Below, piece by piece: positions 1-12,626 of a stretch of DNA of 64,000 nucleotides. This DNA is from Lama glama. Taxonomy: Eukaryota. How positions within the stretch are numbered: position 1 is the first letter of the stretch; each line of letters begins with the position of its first letter. The translations under genes and the position numbers were made by a program. The stretch spans positions 72,480,001 to 72,544,000 of the forward strand of contig CM052816.1 in assembly GCA_028534125.1 (NCBI GenBank). The letters run 5' to 3'. The notes beneath the pieces are model-generated. The model was not told the DNA's origin. It searched no databases and was given only the letters and a program-made list of their open reading frames with translations.

Positions 1-470
1 TTCATGCTATCATTACTACATAACAGTGCTAAATTGAAAAAAATCCAAAATCCATCAACTAGTAAATGGATAAACAAAATGAGGGATATCTATATAATAG
101 AATACTACTCAGTGGTAAGAAGTAACAAACTATTGACATATACAGCAACATGAATGAACCTCAAAGACATTATATTAAATGAAATAAGACAGACATGAAA
201 GTCTACGTATTGAATTACTCCATTTATATGAAATGTCTAGAAAAGGCAAATATAGAGAGACAGAAAGCAGATCAGTGACTGCTTAGGGCTAGGGGTGGGA
301 ACTGGGATTAAATACAAAGTGTCATGAGGGAAATTTGTGGGTTGATAGAAATGTTTTAAAAATTGAATTGTAATAATGGTTACACAACTGTGTAAATTTA
401 CTAAAAATCATCGAACTATTCATTTTAAATGAGTGATGGCTCTACTATGTAAAGTATACCTTAATAGAGC
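1..470 (+). mobile_element. Old L1 (L1MB/L1ME-like) ORF2 end and 3' UTR, cut by window start
   Basis: Typical L1 motifs 'aaatggataaacaaaatg', 'catgaatgaacctcaaagacattatattaaatgaaataagacagaca' and 'ccatttatatgaaatgtctagaaaaggcaaa'. Confidence 0.85.
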
Positions 471-622
471 AACTATGATTTTTTCGCTCTTGACAAATCC
501 TCTGAGTTCATATCCTAAACCAACACTGATTTTTAGCTGAATTTATTCTAATATCTATTAACCATATGTGTTATTTTCTAAAATCTACTTTTGTTCTTTT
601 TATATGGCAGACTACTTATTTT

Positions 623-1308
623 GAAAATTAATAGATTTTAAATTTTCAGAGAAGTTTTAGGTTTATAGGAAAATCCTCTGGAAAGTACAGAGTTCGCATA
701 TAATACCTCCCCCACACAGGTTGTCTTATTATTTCCATCTGTATTGGTGGGATACATTTGTTATAATTGATGCACCAATATTGGTACATTATTATTAACT
801 AAAGTCCACAGTTTACATTAGGTTCACTGTCTTGGTCATTCTGTAGGTTTGACAAATGCATAATTACATGTGTCCACCACTGTGGTATCATACAGAATAC
901 TTTCACTGCCCTAAAATCTCCTGTGCTCCAGCTATTTGCCCCTCCTACTCTTTGCTCCCCACTACTGACCCTGAGCCCCTGATATTTTTACTTTCTCCAT
1001 AGTTTTGCTCTTTCCAGACTATCATGTATTTGGAATCATATGTTACATAGATCTTTTTAGGTTGGCTTCTTTCACTTAGAAATATGCATTTGAAGTCTCT
1101 CTATGTCTTTTTGTAATGAAATACCTTATTTCTCTTTTAAATTCATGAATAATACTTCCTTTTATGGGAGTTCCATAGTTTTTTCCAATCCATTCACCTA
1201 TTAAAGGACATCTTGGTTGCTTACAAGGTTTAGTGGTTATGAAGAAAGTTGTATAAACATTTGTGTGAGGATTTTTTTGGACATGAGTTTTAAATTTATT
1301 TGGGTAAA
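623..1308 (-). mobile_element. L1MC-like 3' end; non-inverted half of a 5'-inverted L1
   Basis: Antisense L1MC 3' UTR motifs 'ttattaactaaagtccacagtttacattaggttcact' and 'ggcttctttcacttagaaatatgcatt'; homologous to the copy at 3781-4690; left TSD at 608-622. Confidence 0.85.
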
Positions 1309-1328
1309 TTAAAAATTTCTGTTCTGTG

Positions 1329-1688
1329 GAAATGCAAATCAAAACTACAATGAGGTACCACTTCACACCAGTCAGAATGATCATCATTCAAAAGTCCACA
1401 AATGATAAATGCTGGAGAGGGTGTGGAGAAAAGGGAACCCTCCTTCACTGCTGGTGGGAATGTAGTTTGGCGCAGCCATTATGACAAACAGTATGGAGAT
1501 TCCTTAAAAAACTGAAAATAGACTTACCAAATGATCCAGCAGTCCCACTCCTAGGTATATATCCAGAGGGAACTCTAATTTAAAAATATACATGCACCCC
1601 AATATCCATAGCAGCACTGTTTACAATAGCCAAGACATGGAAACAACCTAAATACCCATTGATAAATGACTGGATAAAGAAATTGTGG

Positions 1689-1721
<33 letters not shown>

Positions 1722-2180
1722 CACGAACAGAATACTACTTAGCCATAAAAAAGAATAAAATAGTGCCATTTGCTGCAACATGGATGGACCTGGAGATCAT
1801 CATTCTAAGTGAAATAAGCCAGAAAGAGAAAGAAAAATACCATGTGATATCACTTATATGTGGAATCTAAAAAAAAAAAGACACAAATGAACTTATTTAC
1901 AAAACAGAAACAGACTTGCAGACTTACGGTTACCAAGGGGGAAAACAGGCAGGAAGGGATAAATTGGGAGTTCAAGATTTGCAGATACTAATTACTATAT
2001 AAAAAATAAACAGCAATTTTATACTGTATAACACAGGGAACTATATTCAATATCTTATAATAACCTATAATGAAAAAGAATATGTATGACTGAAACATGC
2101 TGTATATCAGAAATTGACACAACATTGTAAACTTACTATACTTCAATTAAAAAAAAAAGACATATGCAAAACAAAACACA
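1329..2180 (+). mobile_element. Young 5'-truncated L1 (ORF2 C-terminus, 3' UTR, A-rich tail)
   Basis: Starts 'gaaatgcaaatcaaaactacaatgaggtaccacttcacacc'. ORF 1685-1870 (EYYLAIKKNKIVPFAATWMDLEIIILSEISQKEKEKY) is the L1 ORF2 C-terminus. Poly(A) at about 2149-2158; TSD 1311-1328 vs 2181-2198 (15/18). Confidence 0.95.
1689..1721. repeat. (TATC)n microsatellite inside L1
   Basis: Eight tandem TATC units read directly. Confidence 0.95.
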
Positions 2181-2198
2181 AAAAACTTCTCCTCTGTG

Positions 2199-2641
2199 AG
2201 AATGAGAAACCACAGACAAGGAGAAAATATTTATAAAGCACTTACCTGATGAAAAATTGGTATACAAAGTATACAGAGAACTCTTAAAACTCAACAATAA
2301 AAAAAATCAAACAAACAAGTTAAAAAATGAGCAAAGATCCAAACAAACTCACCAAAGAATATATACAAAAAGCAAATAAGCATATGTAAAGATGCTTGAC
2401 ATGTATCATTAGAAAATTAAAGCAGCAATGAGAAACCAGTATACAACTATTAAACTCTAAAATCCAAAACACTGACAGTACCAAATGAGAATTATGGAAA
2501 GGATGTAAAGCAACAAGAACTCTCATTTATTGTTGGTAGAAATGCAAAATGGTATGGTTACTTAGGAAAACAGCTTGGCAGTTCTTACAAAACTAAGCAT
2601 ACTCTTTACCATATGATTAAGCAATTGTGTTCCTTGTTATT
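2199..2641 (+). mobile_element. L1MC-like ORF2 segment; inverted 5' half of the 623-1308 element
   Basis: Sense L1 ORF2 sequence 'gaactcttaaaactcaacaata...caaaactaagcatactctttaccatatg'; ends at the right TSD 2642-2656. Confidence 0.85.
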
Positions 2642-2830
2642 CAGCCTACTCATTTTAATTAGTGAAATAGTATTATTTAATGAATATCACATCCTTTTGA
2701 ATCTCATTGGCAGTATAACTAGATTTTTTTTAAGTCTGTACTTTAAAAAATAGTTTAATTTTGTTTGCATAATTCATTAAACATTTGCATTAATACATAT
2801 TAATAACTAGAGTGAGTTCTCTGTGCTAAT

Positions 2831-2966
2831 TTTTATTGGGATATAATCAATATATAACATTATATTAGCTTCAGGTGTACAACATACTGATTCAGTTTTT
2901 GCATATATAGCAAAATGTTCACCACAGTAAGTATAGTTAACATCCATCACCATACGTAGTTAACAA
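2831..2966 (-). mobile_element. L1 3' end truncated by assembly gap
   Basis: Antisense L1 tail 'tttttattgggatataat...ttcaggtgtacaacatactgattcag...tagttaacatccatcacc'. Confidence 0.8.
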
Positions 2967-3466
2967 NNNNNNNNNNNNNNNNNNNNNNNNNNNNNNNNNN
3001 NNNNNNNNNNNNNNNNNNNNNNNNNNNNNNNNNNNNNNNNNNNNNNNNNNNNNNNNNNNNNNNNNNNNNNNNNNNNNNNNNNNNNNNNNNNNNNNNNNNN
3101 NNNNNNNNNNNNNNNNNNNNNNNNNNNNNNNNNNNNNNNNNNNNNNNNNNNNNNNNNNNNNNNNNNNNNNNNNNNNNNNNNNNNNNNNNNNNNNNNNNNN
3201 NNNNNNNNNNNNNNNNNNNNNNNNNNNNNNNNNNNNNNNNNNNNNNNNNNNNNNNNNNNNNNNNNNNNNNNNNNNNNNNNNNNNNNNNNNNNNNNNNNNN
3301 NNNNNNNNNNNNNNNNNNNNNNNNNNNNNNNNNNNNNNNNNNNNNNNNNNNNNNNNNNNNNNNNNNNNNNNNNNNNNNNNNNNNNNNNNNNNNNNNNNNN
3401 NNNNNNNNNNNNNNNNNNNNNNNNNNNNNNNNNNNNNNNNNNNNNNNNNNNNNNNNNNNNNNNNNN
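2967..3466. other. Assembly gap (500 N)
   Basis: Run of exactly 500 N. Confidence 1.
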
Positions 3467-3780
3467 AGGGTGCTTCTCCAAGGGCAGAACACAACTAAAT
3501 TTCCACAGGAAGAGTAGACAAATTTGGCCAGGGAATACAAATGAAATATCTATGACCTAATCACAGAATTTTAATTCTAGTCAATTAAAATTTCAAATAG
3601 TCTAAAATTAATAGAGTATGATTTATACTTTGCTATAGATGATTTGATGCAGTGATTATGATCTTAAATTTTTTGTATTTTGAATGCTAAATGGATTCAT
3701 ACATTGGTTGTTTGCCTTTATTTTTTGTAGCAACAAGGTGTAATTATTTTTAATTGTATTTTGAAATTTATGTATATTGT

Positions 3781-4690
3781 CAAAGACTATTTTTAGAGCA
3801 GTTTTATGCTTACAATAAAACTGAGAGGAGATTATAGAGGTTTCCACATATCTCCTTCTCCCACACATGCATAGCTTTCCCCACTACCAACATCCATCAG
3901 AATGTTACATTTTTTTAAATCAGTAATGAACTACAGTGGCACATCATAACCATCCAAAGTTCATAGTTTACATTAAGGTTCACTCTTGGTGGTGTACATT
4001 CGGTGGATTTAAACAAACATACAATGACATAGATCCAACATTTTAGTACATACAAAGTATTTTTACTGCTTTAAAATTCCTCTGTGCTCTGCCTGTTCAT
4101 CTCCTATGACTCCCATTCCTGGAAACCACTGACCTTTTTTATTGTCTCTCTAGTTTCAAGAATGTCAAACAGTTGGGATACTGCAGTATTCAGCCTTCTC
4201 AGGTTGGCTTCTTTCACTTAGTAATATGCATTTAAGTTTCTTCCATGTCTTTTCATGGCTTAATAGCTGATTTCTTTTCAGCACTGAATAATATTCCATT
4301 GTCTAGATGTACTACAGTTTATCTATCCATTCACCTACTGAAGGATATCTTGATTGCTCCTAAGTTTTGGCAATTATGAATAAAGCTGCTATACACATCT
4401 GTGTGCAGGCTTTTGTGTAGACATATGTTCTCGACTCCTTTAAATAAATACCTAGGAGCACATCTGCTGGTTCATATAGTAAGAGTATGTTTAATTCTGT
4501 AAGAAACTGTCAAACTGTCTTCCAAAGTGGATATACCATTTTGAATTCCCACCAACGATGTATGAGAATTTCTGTTGCTCCACATCTTCACCAGTATTTG
4601 GTGTTGTCAGTGTTGTAGATCTTGGCTATTCTAACAGGTGTGTAGTGATATCTAATTTTTGTTTTAATTTGCATTTCCCTGGTGATGATT
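3781..4690 (-). mobile_element. L1MC1-like 3' UTR and ORF2 end
   Basis: 'tttttagagcagtttta...catagtttacattaaggttcactcttggtggtgtacattc...gttttaatttgcatttccct'. Confidence 0.9.
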
Positions 4691-6424
4691 TGTAACATCT
4701 TTTTGTATTGAATTATTTTTGATAATACAATTTCAAGTGTTACTTAAACAGACTTTTTATGGTTTTTCAGCTCTTTAAATAATTTGAATATTATATTTAT
4801 AATGTTCATGGAATTAAAATCCCATGTAGACTATACTACTGTATAAGTAGAAATTAAATTCATTTTTAACATGTAAATAGGTCACCAGTTGAACTAGAAT
4901 AAAAACAGTCAATTTACAGCTCAGTGGCCTCCCGCATGTGACTATTTTCTTTGCATATGGCTGAGTTCCCGTCATAGGGAAAAGTAACACAGATGCTGGT
5001 TGATTATCTTTTGAGGTCGTTTTGAACTTAAGATAGGTTATTTCCACCATGATTTCCACATGTTTTGAGGAGCAGGTGAAGGGAGAAGTGCAGTGAACAG
5101 AACAGAGGGTAAATTTCTTACATTGTCAGTACCCTCTGCTTATTAGTGATGCTATTTCTACTATTTCTAAATGACTTCAGATTAGAAGAAGCATAATCGG
5201 GTTTAGCCATCTGGGTTTGTGCTGAGAGATTGTTCATTCCAGGAAACCTGAACACCATGGTATCTGGGACTGGACAGAGGAGCAGAATTAGTCCTCATGA
5301 CCTTAACAGAGGGACATTAGCTGAAGATTTAAGTAGGAAATTTCCTTTCTCAGTGGCTGCCTGGAAGAAGGATAGACCTAATCTAGACGTTTCTTTTGAC
5401 TTTAATTTGTAATTTTAATGTGAAAATAATCTTTAAAAGTTGTACTGTGCATGCATATATTATATAGATCTATCTATCATTTGTTTATCTATCTAAAATA
5501 AGAGCACATTTGGATGATACAATTTTCTCATTTTTTAATTTTAAGATTTTTGTTTTTTTTAAAGGTGGATACTTTTCTACATTTTAATATCAACCATATT
5601 TTATATATGACTTTCCTCTACTTTTTAAAATTTCTAAATCTTAACCACATTTTATCCTTTATCTTTTAATCTTTTCCACAAATCTTACTTAATTAATCTT
5701 TTGATAATGACTCAATATTTTTGTGATACTAAATTTCATCTTTTACTTTTTGCTTTATGTTTGCAACCTTTTAAAAAGTTTAGTTTTCATTATTTTTTGT
5801 TGGTTGCAAGTTCTCTTTTTATTTTAAAATGCTAGTAGTGTTCTCCTTTAAACATTTTCATTTGACCTCAACTTACAATTTTATTATGAAATTTTTACTG
5901 TTTTCCTTCTATTAAATGTAGTCAACTCATTTGAACAACTTTAAATTGTAAAATAGTTATTTTGTTCTTCTTGGTGTTTGCTTTCAAGACTTAAGGAATG
6001 AAACCAGAAGCAGATTTCCTGTCTCTGCAACCTGTATGGTTTCTTCTAGACCACATTACTTTCTCTAATAATGTGATCTGACCTACTTAGTTGTCATAGA
6101 GAGGCCAAAGCATCCCTTCAGTGAGGACATGCAGCTAATCTTGCATTATCTAGGCTATTTAAGGAAAACAGAGCTACACATAATCTAGTCAGTGTGAAGC
6201 ATGCTCACAAAGCCGTCTCCCCATTCTGTCTAAAATTCTTTGTTACCACATATTGTAGAGACATTTTGCTGAGCCCCAGTATATGAAAATGGCGGGGAGG
6301 GAAACTTGTACTCTCTGAGAGACAAGTACATGATGTTCATATAGGTAACTGGACCATTATGAGCTAGGCATGCTTTGTAATCTGGCTTAAAAAGAAATAT
6401 GTCCTTCCTCATAAGCAGGGGGAA

Positions 6425-7750
6425 AAAAGTAACACAATTAGATACCATTTCAGACCCATTATATTGAAAACAAAATACAATTTTTCAGTATTCCAAATGT
6501 TACTAGAGATATGGAAAAATAAGGATCCTTGCAAACTGCTTGTGACATTATATTTGGTGTAACAGGGCTGAAGAATAAAATTTCAGTTTGTGCTAAAATT
6601 TACACATGTCCTACACCTCATTATTTTTGCTGCTAGATCTATATACCCTATAGAAGTGCTTCTCAACTTTTTTGGTGTCAGACGCCTTTAAACTGTAAAA
6701 AATTATTTGAAGACCTCAGAAAATTTTGCTTTTGTGGAATATGTAAATATGTATATTTTCTATAGAGAAATTAAACTTCAGAAAAAATTAAATATTATTC
6801 ATTGATTTATTATAAAACAACATAATACATTCATCACATGTTAAAATAACATACTTTAATGAAAAGTAAGTATTTTCCAAAAAAAAGAAAAATTAGTGGA
6901 AAGAGTAGTATTGTTTACATCTCTTTATCTGTCTTAATAGAACACAGATTCTCGTATTATGTCTATATTCATGATGATTCAGTATGTTGTTTAGGTTGAA
7001 CTATGTGAAGAAAATACATGTTTCAAAAAGAAATGAACCTTTGAATAGCCTTTTCATATAATTATGGATATTCTTGTTTATGCTACACCAGAACTTAATA
7101 AATATTGCTTTTTAAATGTTTATTTGCAATGTAGATTCTGCAGCCATGTCAATAAGCATTTTGAACTCTTTTATATACTAAAATCCATTGATCTATGTTT
7201 TATTTTGAATAGGTCTTGTAACTGTGCATAATTTTGTTACATAACCCTGGACATTAAGAAAATGTTGGTTCAGGAGTTCACTTATGAGACTGTATACTTA
7301 TGAAAATGAAAAAGTCAAGTAACTTTTAGTAGTATTATAAAAATGTTTTTGACCTCGTCTATGCTCTTAGGAAAATCTTGAGTACCCCTAGGGCCTTCAT
7401 ACTAAACTTTGAGAATTGATGACTTAGAGTAATCTTGCAGCACAAGAGACATGAAATATGAGGCTAATTTAAGTTTTAAATATATTGGGGAAAAATAAGG
7501 AATATCTGAATGTTCACAAGGAGAAAAGCAAATTTATGGTAGAATCATGTAGTTAATTGAATGAACTACAGATAAATGCATTCTCATGAAGAAATTTTAA
7601 AAATCTAATGTTTAGTAGAAAAATTAAGTTCAGTATGATATAATGCATGAAAAATTTAAGACCACATAAGAAAATGTTACATATCATGTATGGATACATA
7701 AGCACATGGTAAAATATAGAAACCTGTGCAAAAATAGCTGCTTGAGGATG
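6425..7750 (+). mobile_element. Old L1ME-like fragment split by a Charlie1 insertion
   Basis: 'gataccatttcagacccatta...tatataccctatag' resumes after 7421 as 'aatcttgcagcacaagagacatg', collinear with recalled L1 consensus. Confidence 0.6.
6654..7421 (-). mobile_element. hAT-Charlie DNA transposon (Charlie1-like, non-autonomous)
   Basis: Degenerate TIRs 'agtgcttctcaac' and 'ctttgagaattgatg'; internal 'aaaaattatttgaagacctcagaaaattttgcttttgtgg' and 'agtattataaaaatgtttttgacctc'. Confidence 0.75.
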
Positions 7751-9184
7751 AAGATGCTTTTGTTTTGTTTTAAGGCATTGGTGACTGAAAATTGTTGTTT
7801 TAAATGTTCAAATTGTTGTGCTAATATGGCCATTTTCTAAATTTTCTAATTTTTACACTACCTCAGTTGGAATGTGCTTATCTCTTCCATTATTTTTTAA
7901 TTTCCAAATGTGCATTCTTACCTCATTTGTGGTTGCAGAGTGTAATTGTTTTAATTGATATCACAAGAGAATAAATTATCTTTATTGCTTTTTGAAAATT
8001 GCATTAAGAATAAATCATGACGTGGCTTTTGACAAATGAAGTAACTTACAGAGAAAAACAGTCAATTATTTTGAATTACAATTTCAAACATCTTGATTCT
8101 TAATTTTCAAGGATTCAATTAGTTGGATGCATATAAATAAAGTGATCCAATTTCATTAATTTGTAGCTTTGTAGCACATTAAAATATTATTGTCAATGAG
8201 TTCCTATATATTTTTCTTTTAATTTTTGTGCACCTACAAAAAAACTCAGAATTTTCAGAGAGCCCTTGAATGTGAAAAGACTATCTTAAATTTAAAATGT
8301 TCTATAATTACCTTATATTGGATAAACCATGCTTAGTAAAGAAAATTTGAATGAAATCATTCAAAATAAAATTATGACCGATTGGAGGGTTTTTTAAACA
8401 GCCAATGGATCTTAGGATGTGTATAGTTTATATTACCTGAAGAGATTTAATCCTACTGTCGGATAATTCTGTGTGACTAAATTATCCTAAAAATAAAGGT
8501 AATCAAAAACTTTAGTCATAGCAAGAAGTTATAGTCTTCATCGGCAAACATTTTTTCAAGTGCACATAAAATGTAAATATTCTTTAAGAAAGAGTTTTAA
8601 TAAATGTGAAGCCAAGATTATCTCTTTAGGAGGCATACAATTTTAGAAGCAAATAAGATAAATATTCAGTAAATGTTACTTAAAATTCATCATATGTTCT
8701 GTTTCAGTTTTTCATTGTGTCATTTTTAACATTTTGAATGTGAGAAACCCATAAAAATATTTATCTTAAAATTTGTTTAATTTGTTCCTATCCTGGTCTC
8801 TTATATCAATCCACAGTGTCATTGAGAGGATACTTTCAGATCCAACTAATTTTGGAAGACTTGCTAACTTTTTGTTAATTCTATATGAAGCTAATACTAA
8901 GTTTGAATTGATGCTACGTGATCCAACACCATAAGATCAGAAAGTAAGAATTCAGAAACTTATTTTTGAATGTAGATGAATCCCCTTCAAAAAAAAAAAA
9001 AAACAAAACCCTGAAAGTATCCTTAAAAATATGCACTTTTTTTGTGGATATTAATCCATGTTTCTAAAGGTAAAAATGGTTGAAGTCAATCACTTTCTCC
9101 CTCAGGATAATAATTATGCTGAATAGTAAAATTAATAAAAAATGTATTACTTCTGACTTTTACTCTATGTCTTTTACTTATCAG

Positions 9185-9652
9185 TGTCTAATTTGAATTC
9201 CCCCAGAGCATACACTAACTCGGAGACTTGTGTTTATTTAGGAGATGATCCTTGGAAGCACAAGTGAAACATTAGCAAAATGAGACAAGGAAAGGGCATG
9301 AATAAGCAGTTTACTGACTTGAACGGTTTTTCTTTTTCTTTTTTTTAAATAAAACTGTTGGAGAACTGGGTAGAATTTACCTCAGGATTGTCTCTCCAAG
9401 GTACAGGATAAGTTAGGGTATTTATCGCCCATTGGAATCCATCTTTGATTGGGACTTCTCTCTGGAATGTAGAACTTTTTCAACACATCTAGGCTGTTGT
9501 GTATGCAAAATAAGGAGGCTCTCTAGAGAAAGTCTTTAAGTGGAAAAGCAGAGAGTTATTGTCAATAAGGTGAGAATTTGTCAGTGTACCTAGTCACCGC
9601 TGGTAAATCTTAATGGTAGAAAGGCAGTTTTCTTTTTGTTCCCTGTGCCACA
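9185..9652 (-). mobile_element. ERVL solo LTR (LTR33-like); right boundary uncertain
   Basis: 'tgtctaatttgaattccccc...gtttatttaggagatgatccttggaagcac...tgagacaaggaaaggg...gggtatttatc'. Confidence 0.7.
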
Positions 9653-11269
9653 TCCTGTAAATATATGTGTCATGTATACAAATTAATACAGAAAACAATA
9701 TAGCCTATCTTTGGTATAAAACTGCTGTCTCCTAAGTTCCTACACCTTTATTTTTCTCTTCTATACTACTAGGTTTTTCTGTCATTCTTCCAACCTTGTA
9801 TTCACATCATTGTGTCTGATTCAGCTCTTCCTTGCTGCTGTGTGATCTATTTGGGCCCCTTTCCCTGGCTTACCCTCACTTCCTTCTCACCCCTTCAGCT
9901 CAGCACAGTACTTTGCTCTTCTTTGATTTAGTTGTTGGCCATGGAGGTTTTGTTAATTTATGCCCTGTTCTCTGCTCTCATCTCCACAGAGAGTAGGATA
10001 AGTTAATTCCCATTTCTCATTATGTCTGTAATACGGAGAAAACATGTCCAACAAAATTAAGACAAAACAGTATTACCTCATTTAGAGTAAATATTCTCAT
10101 TTCATCTTCTTGAGTAAACTTATCTAGTATCAATGACTAAATAATTCTCTTCTAAAACAGATAATCAAAACCTACAGCTAACCTGGTTGTCATCTCAATG
10201 AATACAGCAAAGCAATGAATTTGCATTTTACTCAATGCCAGCAAAAACATGTTTGCATTAATATATCTTTAAATCTGACTAATAGTATTTATGAAAAACT
10301 TACACATTTTCCCCCAAGTCTTGAATAAGCTCATAATGCAATTTTATTCCAACCATTTTTAATAAAATAGAATATTGAAGACGTTCTAAGATATAAACTC
10401 TGAGTGGTTAATGACATTCGCTTAGCATGTCCTGAAGTAAATTATGTTGAGATTGGATTCAGTGATTCAGGAAGTCTTATTAGAGCTATTTTGAATGCTC
10501 CCAAATTGACACACATCATTTTATTTGCACCAGAATATTAAATATTAAATTTACAATTTTCTTATGAAATCTTAACTATTCTATGAGTAAATGCATAATA
10601 GAAAATACAGAGGAAATGCTTTTCTAAATGACACTAAAACTCACTTTGAATTATTTTGTGAGGATTAAGTTATTATGAATTATAAAACCTGTTTCAATTG
10701 GAATAAAAAATTAAATGAAAAAATAATTTTTATACAGTAATTTTCCACTTAGGAACAATAAAATATATTTTTTAATATAGTAAGAGCAAAACTCTTAAAT
10801 TGAAAGGGAAAACAGGTTTAGGGTTTTAATTCACCAATGCAAATATATCAATCAATTACTCCTGTCTCTTCTCTTTTCCAGTATAGTTTCTAAAGACAGA
10901 ACTGATAAGGTTAGGAGAGATATTTCGGGGACACCAAAAGTACCAAAGAGAGAAATCTTTATTAACAGAGCAAAAAAAACCCCAAAAACCAAAAAAAAAC
11001 AAAAAAACAAAAAAAAACTGTGGCTTAGACTTCTTTACTTTGAGATAAATTTTCGTGCATTTTGGAAATGTGAGTAAAATCAAATTTATACTGTTTCCTC
11101 ATTAATAAAGCTTTAAGGATGAAATCAAGAGTCTGCGCTTCCTAAGGGTCCTCATAGGACACTAAGGAATAGTTTTGCTTTGAGAAAATTTCTGATTATA
11201 TAAAAGAAGATTGACTCAAGTACATTGTAATGTGATTGGGAGTCAGGCAGAGAATTCTGGGGAAATGAC

Positions 11270-11470
11270 TACCTATTTTCCAGTACCAATTCCTTCACCC
11301 CTGACAGAAATGATAGTGAATTCCATAATTGATTTTATCATGCTAAATTATCTTTGATATCAAACCTGATAAAGACAATACAAAACGTTTAAAAACTATA
11401 TACCAGTTCTCTGATGGATACAGATACAGCATTTAAATAAAATGTTACCAAATAAAATTGACAAACATCA
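11270..11470 (+). mobile_element. Old L1 ORF2 (reverse-transcriptase region) fragment
   Basis: 'gatatcaaacctgataaagacaatacaaaa...aactatataccagttctctgatggatacagat' resembles IPKPDKD..KENYRPISLMNID. Confidence 0.7.
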
Positions 11471-11844
11471 TTCACTGGAAAGGCACAGGGACCCAGTGGG
11501 CTGATACCAGACTTGTAGGAAGGGATTCTGCCTATTGGAGGGTGAGGCTTTTGGGTTTTGTAGTCCAGGGAGCACTAGCTCCTCCCACCATACGATCAGG
11601 AGGCACGACTGAGATCTACACTCGTTGCTGCAGCTGTATGAGGTGGTAGAACCTTAGCCTACCTATTCTGCTCCTGCAGGTTCATGGTTGAGGGAGCACT
11701 TGAACTCACTGCATTAAGCATTTGGCTGTAGCCCATTTCCTGGGAGTTTTTCCAGGAAGCCACCTGCCTCTCATGAAGTCCAGTCTTCAGGTGATTAGAC
11801 TTGGAAAAGTTAATCCCGAGCTCAGAACCCCAGTGAAGAAAGTG

Positions 11845-12530
11845 TTTCAGTTGTGTCAAATGCAGCACATTAAGTTAAAAGAAAAGTGAGGCTTGAGAAT
11901 TAATTATTCGACTTATCAATATGCATTCATTTGGCTCCCTGAGATGAGCTATTTCAGTGGAGCAATGAGTTCAAAGCTGGATTAAAGCAAGTTTGGGAGG
12001 ATGTTGGGGTATAAGAAGAGGAGAAAATATTTATAGGACTTTTATTTTCAAAGTGGAAAAGAGAAATGCATGATAACACATGTGAAATCTAGAGGTCTTT
12101 TTTTCCCTTCTTCATTTTCTTTTTTTCCCCTCCATTCCTCCCTTCTTTCCTCTCTCCCTTCCTTCATTCCTTTCTTTTTTTCAAGATAGAAGGTATGTCA
12201 GCACATTTACTTGTGATGGGAAGGATATATGAAAAAGTGAGGAACTGATGATTCAGGAGACAGTGTGAACAATTACTGGAATAATTGTCTTTGAATGTAA
12301 AAGGAGGTAGAACCCAGTGCAGCAGGGAGGAGTTCGTTTTAGACAGGGACACTGACAGCTTTTCATTAATAACTTGGGTAAAGGCAGAACAATGTGCATA
12401 AAGACAGATAGCCTGATAGTTATGGTCATAGCATCCTGTGCTCTCTCCTATTGCTTCTGTGTGCCCAGTAAAATAAGGAGCAATGGCATTAGCTGAGAGG
12501 GAGCAGAAAGAGGAGTAATTGGAATGCGGA
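11845..12530 (-). mobile_element. L2 LINE fragment
   Basis: 'gttgtgtcaaatgcagca', 'gagctatttcagtggag' and 'agaacccagtgcagcagggagg' match antisense L2. Confidence 0.7.
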
Positions 12531-12626
12531 ATCTTTGAAAAGATAGTAATCAAATAAAATTAAGTATTTACTTGTAGAGAGTCATTTTCAGTTCCTATTT
12601 TGTTCTCATTCAGTGATTTTAGAAAT

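Noticed and set aside
1076..1870. ORFs 1076-1387 and 1685-1870 as genes
   Set aside because: Translations of truncated L1 ORF2 or its antisense strand, not host genes.
2937..3540. Long ORFs of 173-197 aa
   Set aside because: They consist almost entirely of X from the N gap.
10968..11020. A/C-rich tract as a retroinsertion tail
   Set aside because: No convincing TSD or element body; treated as low-complexity sequence.
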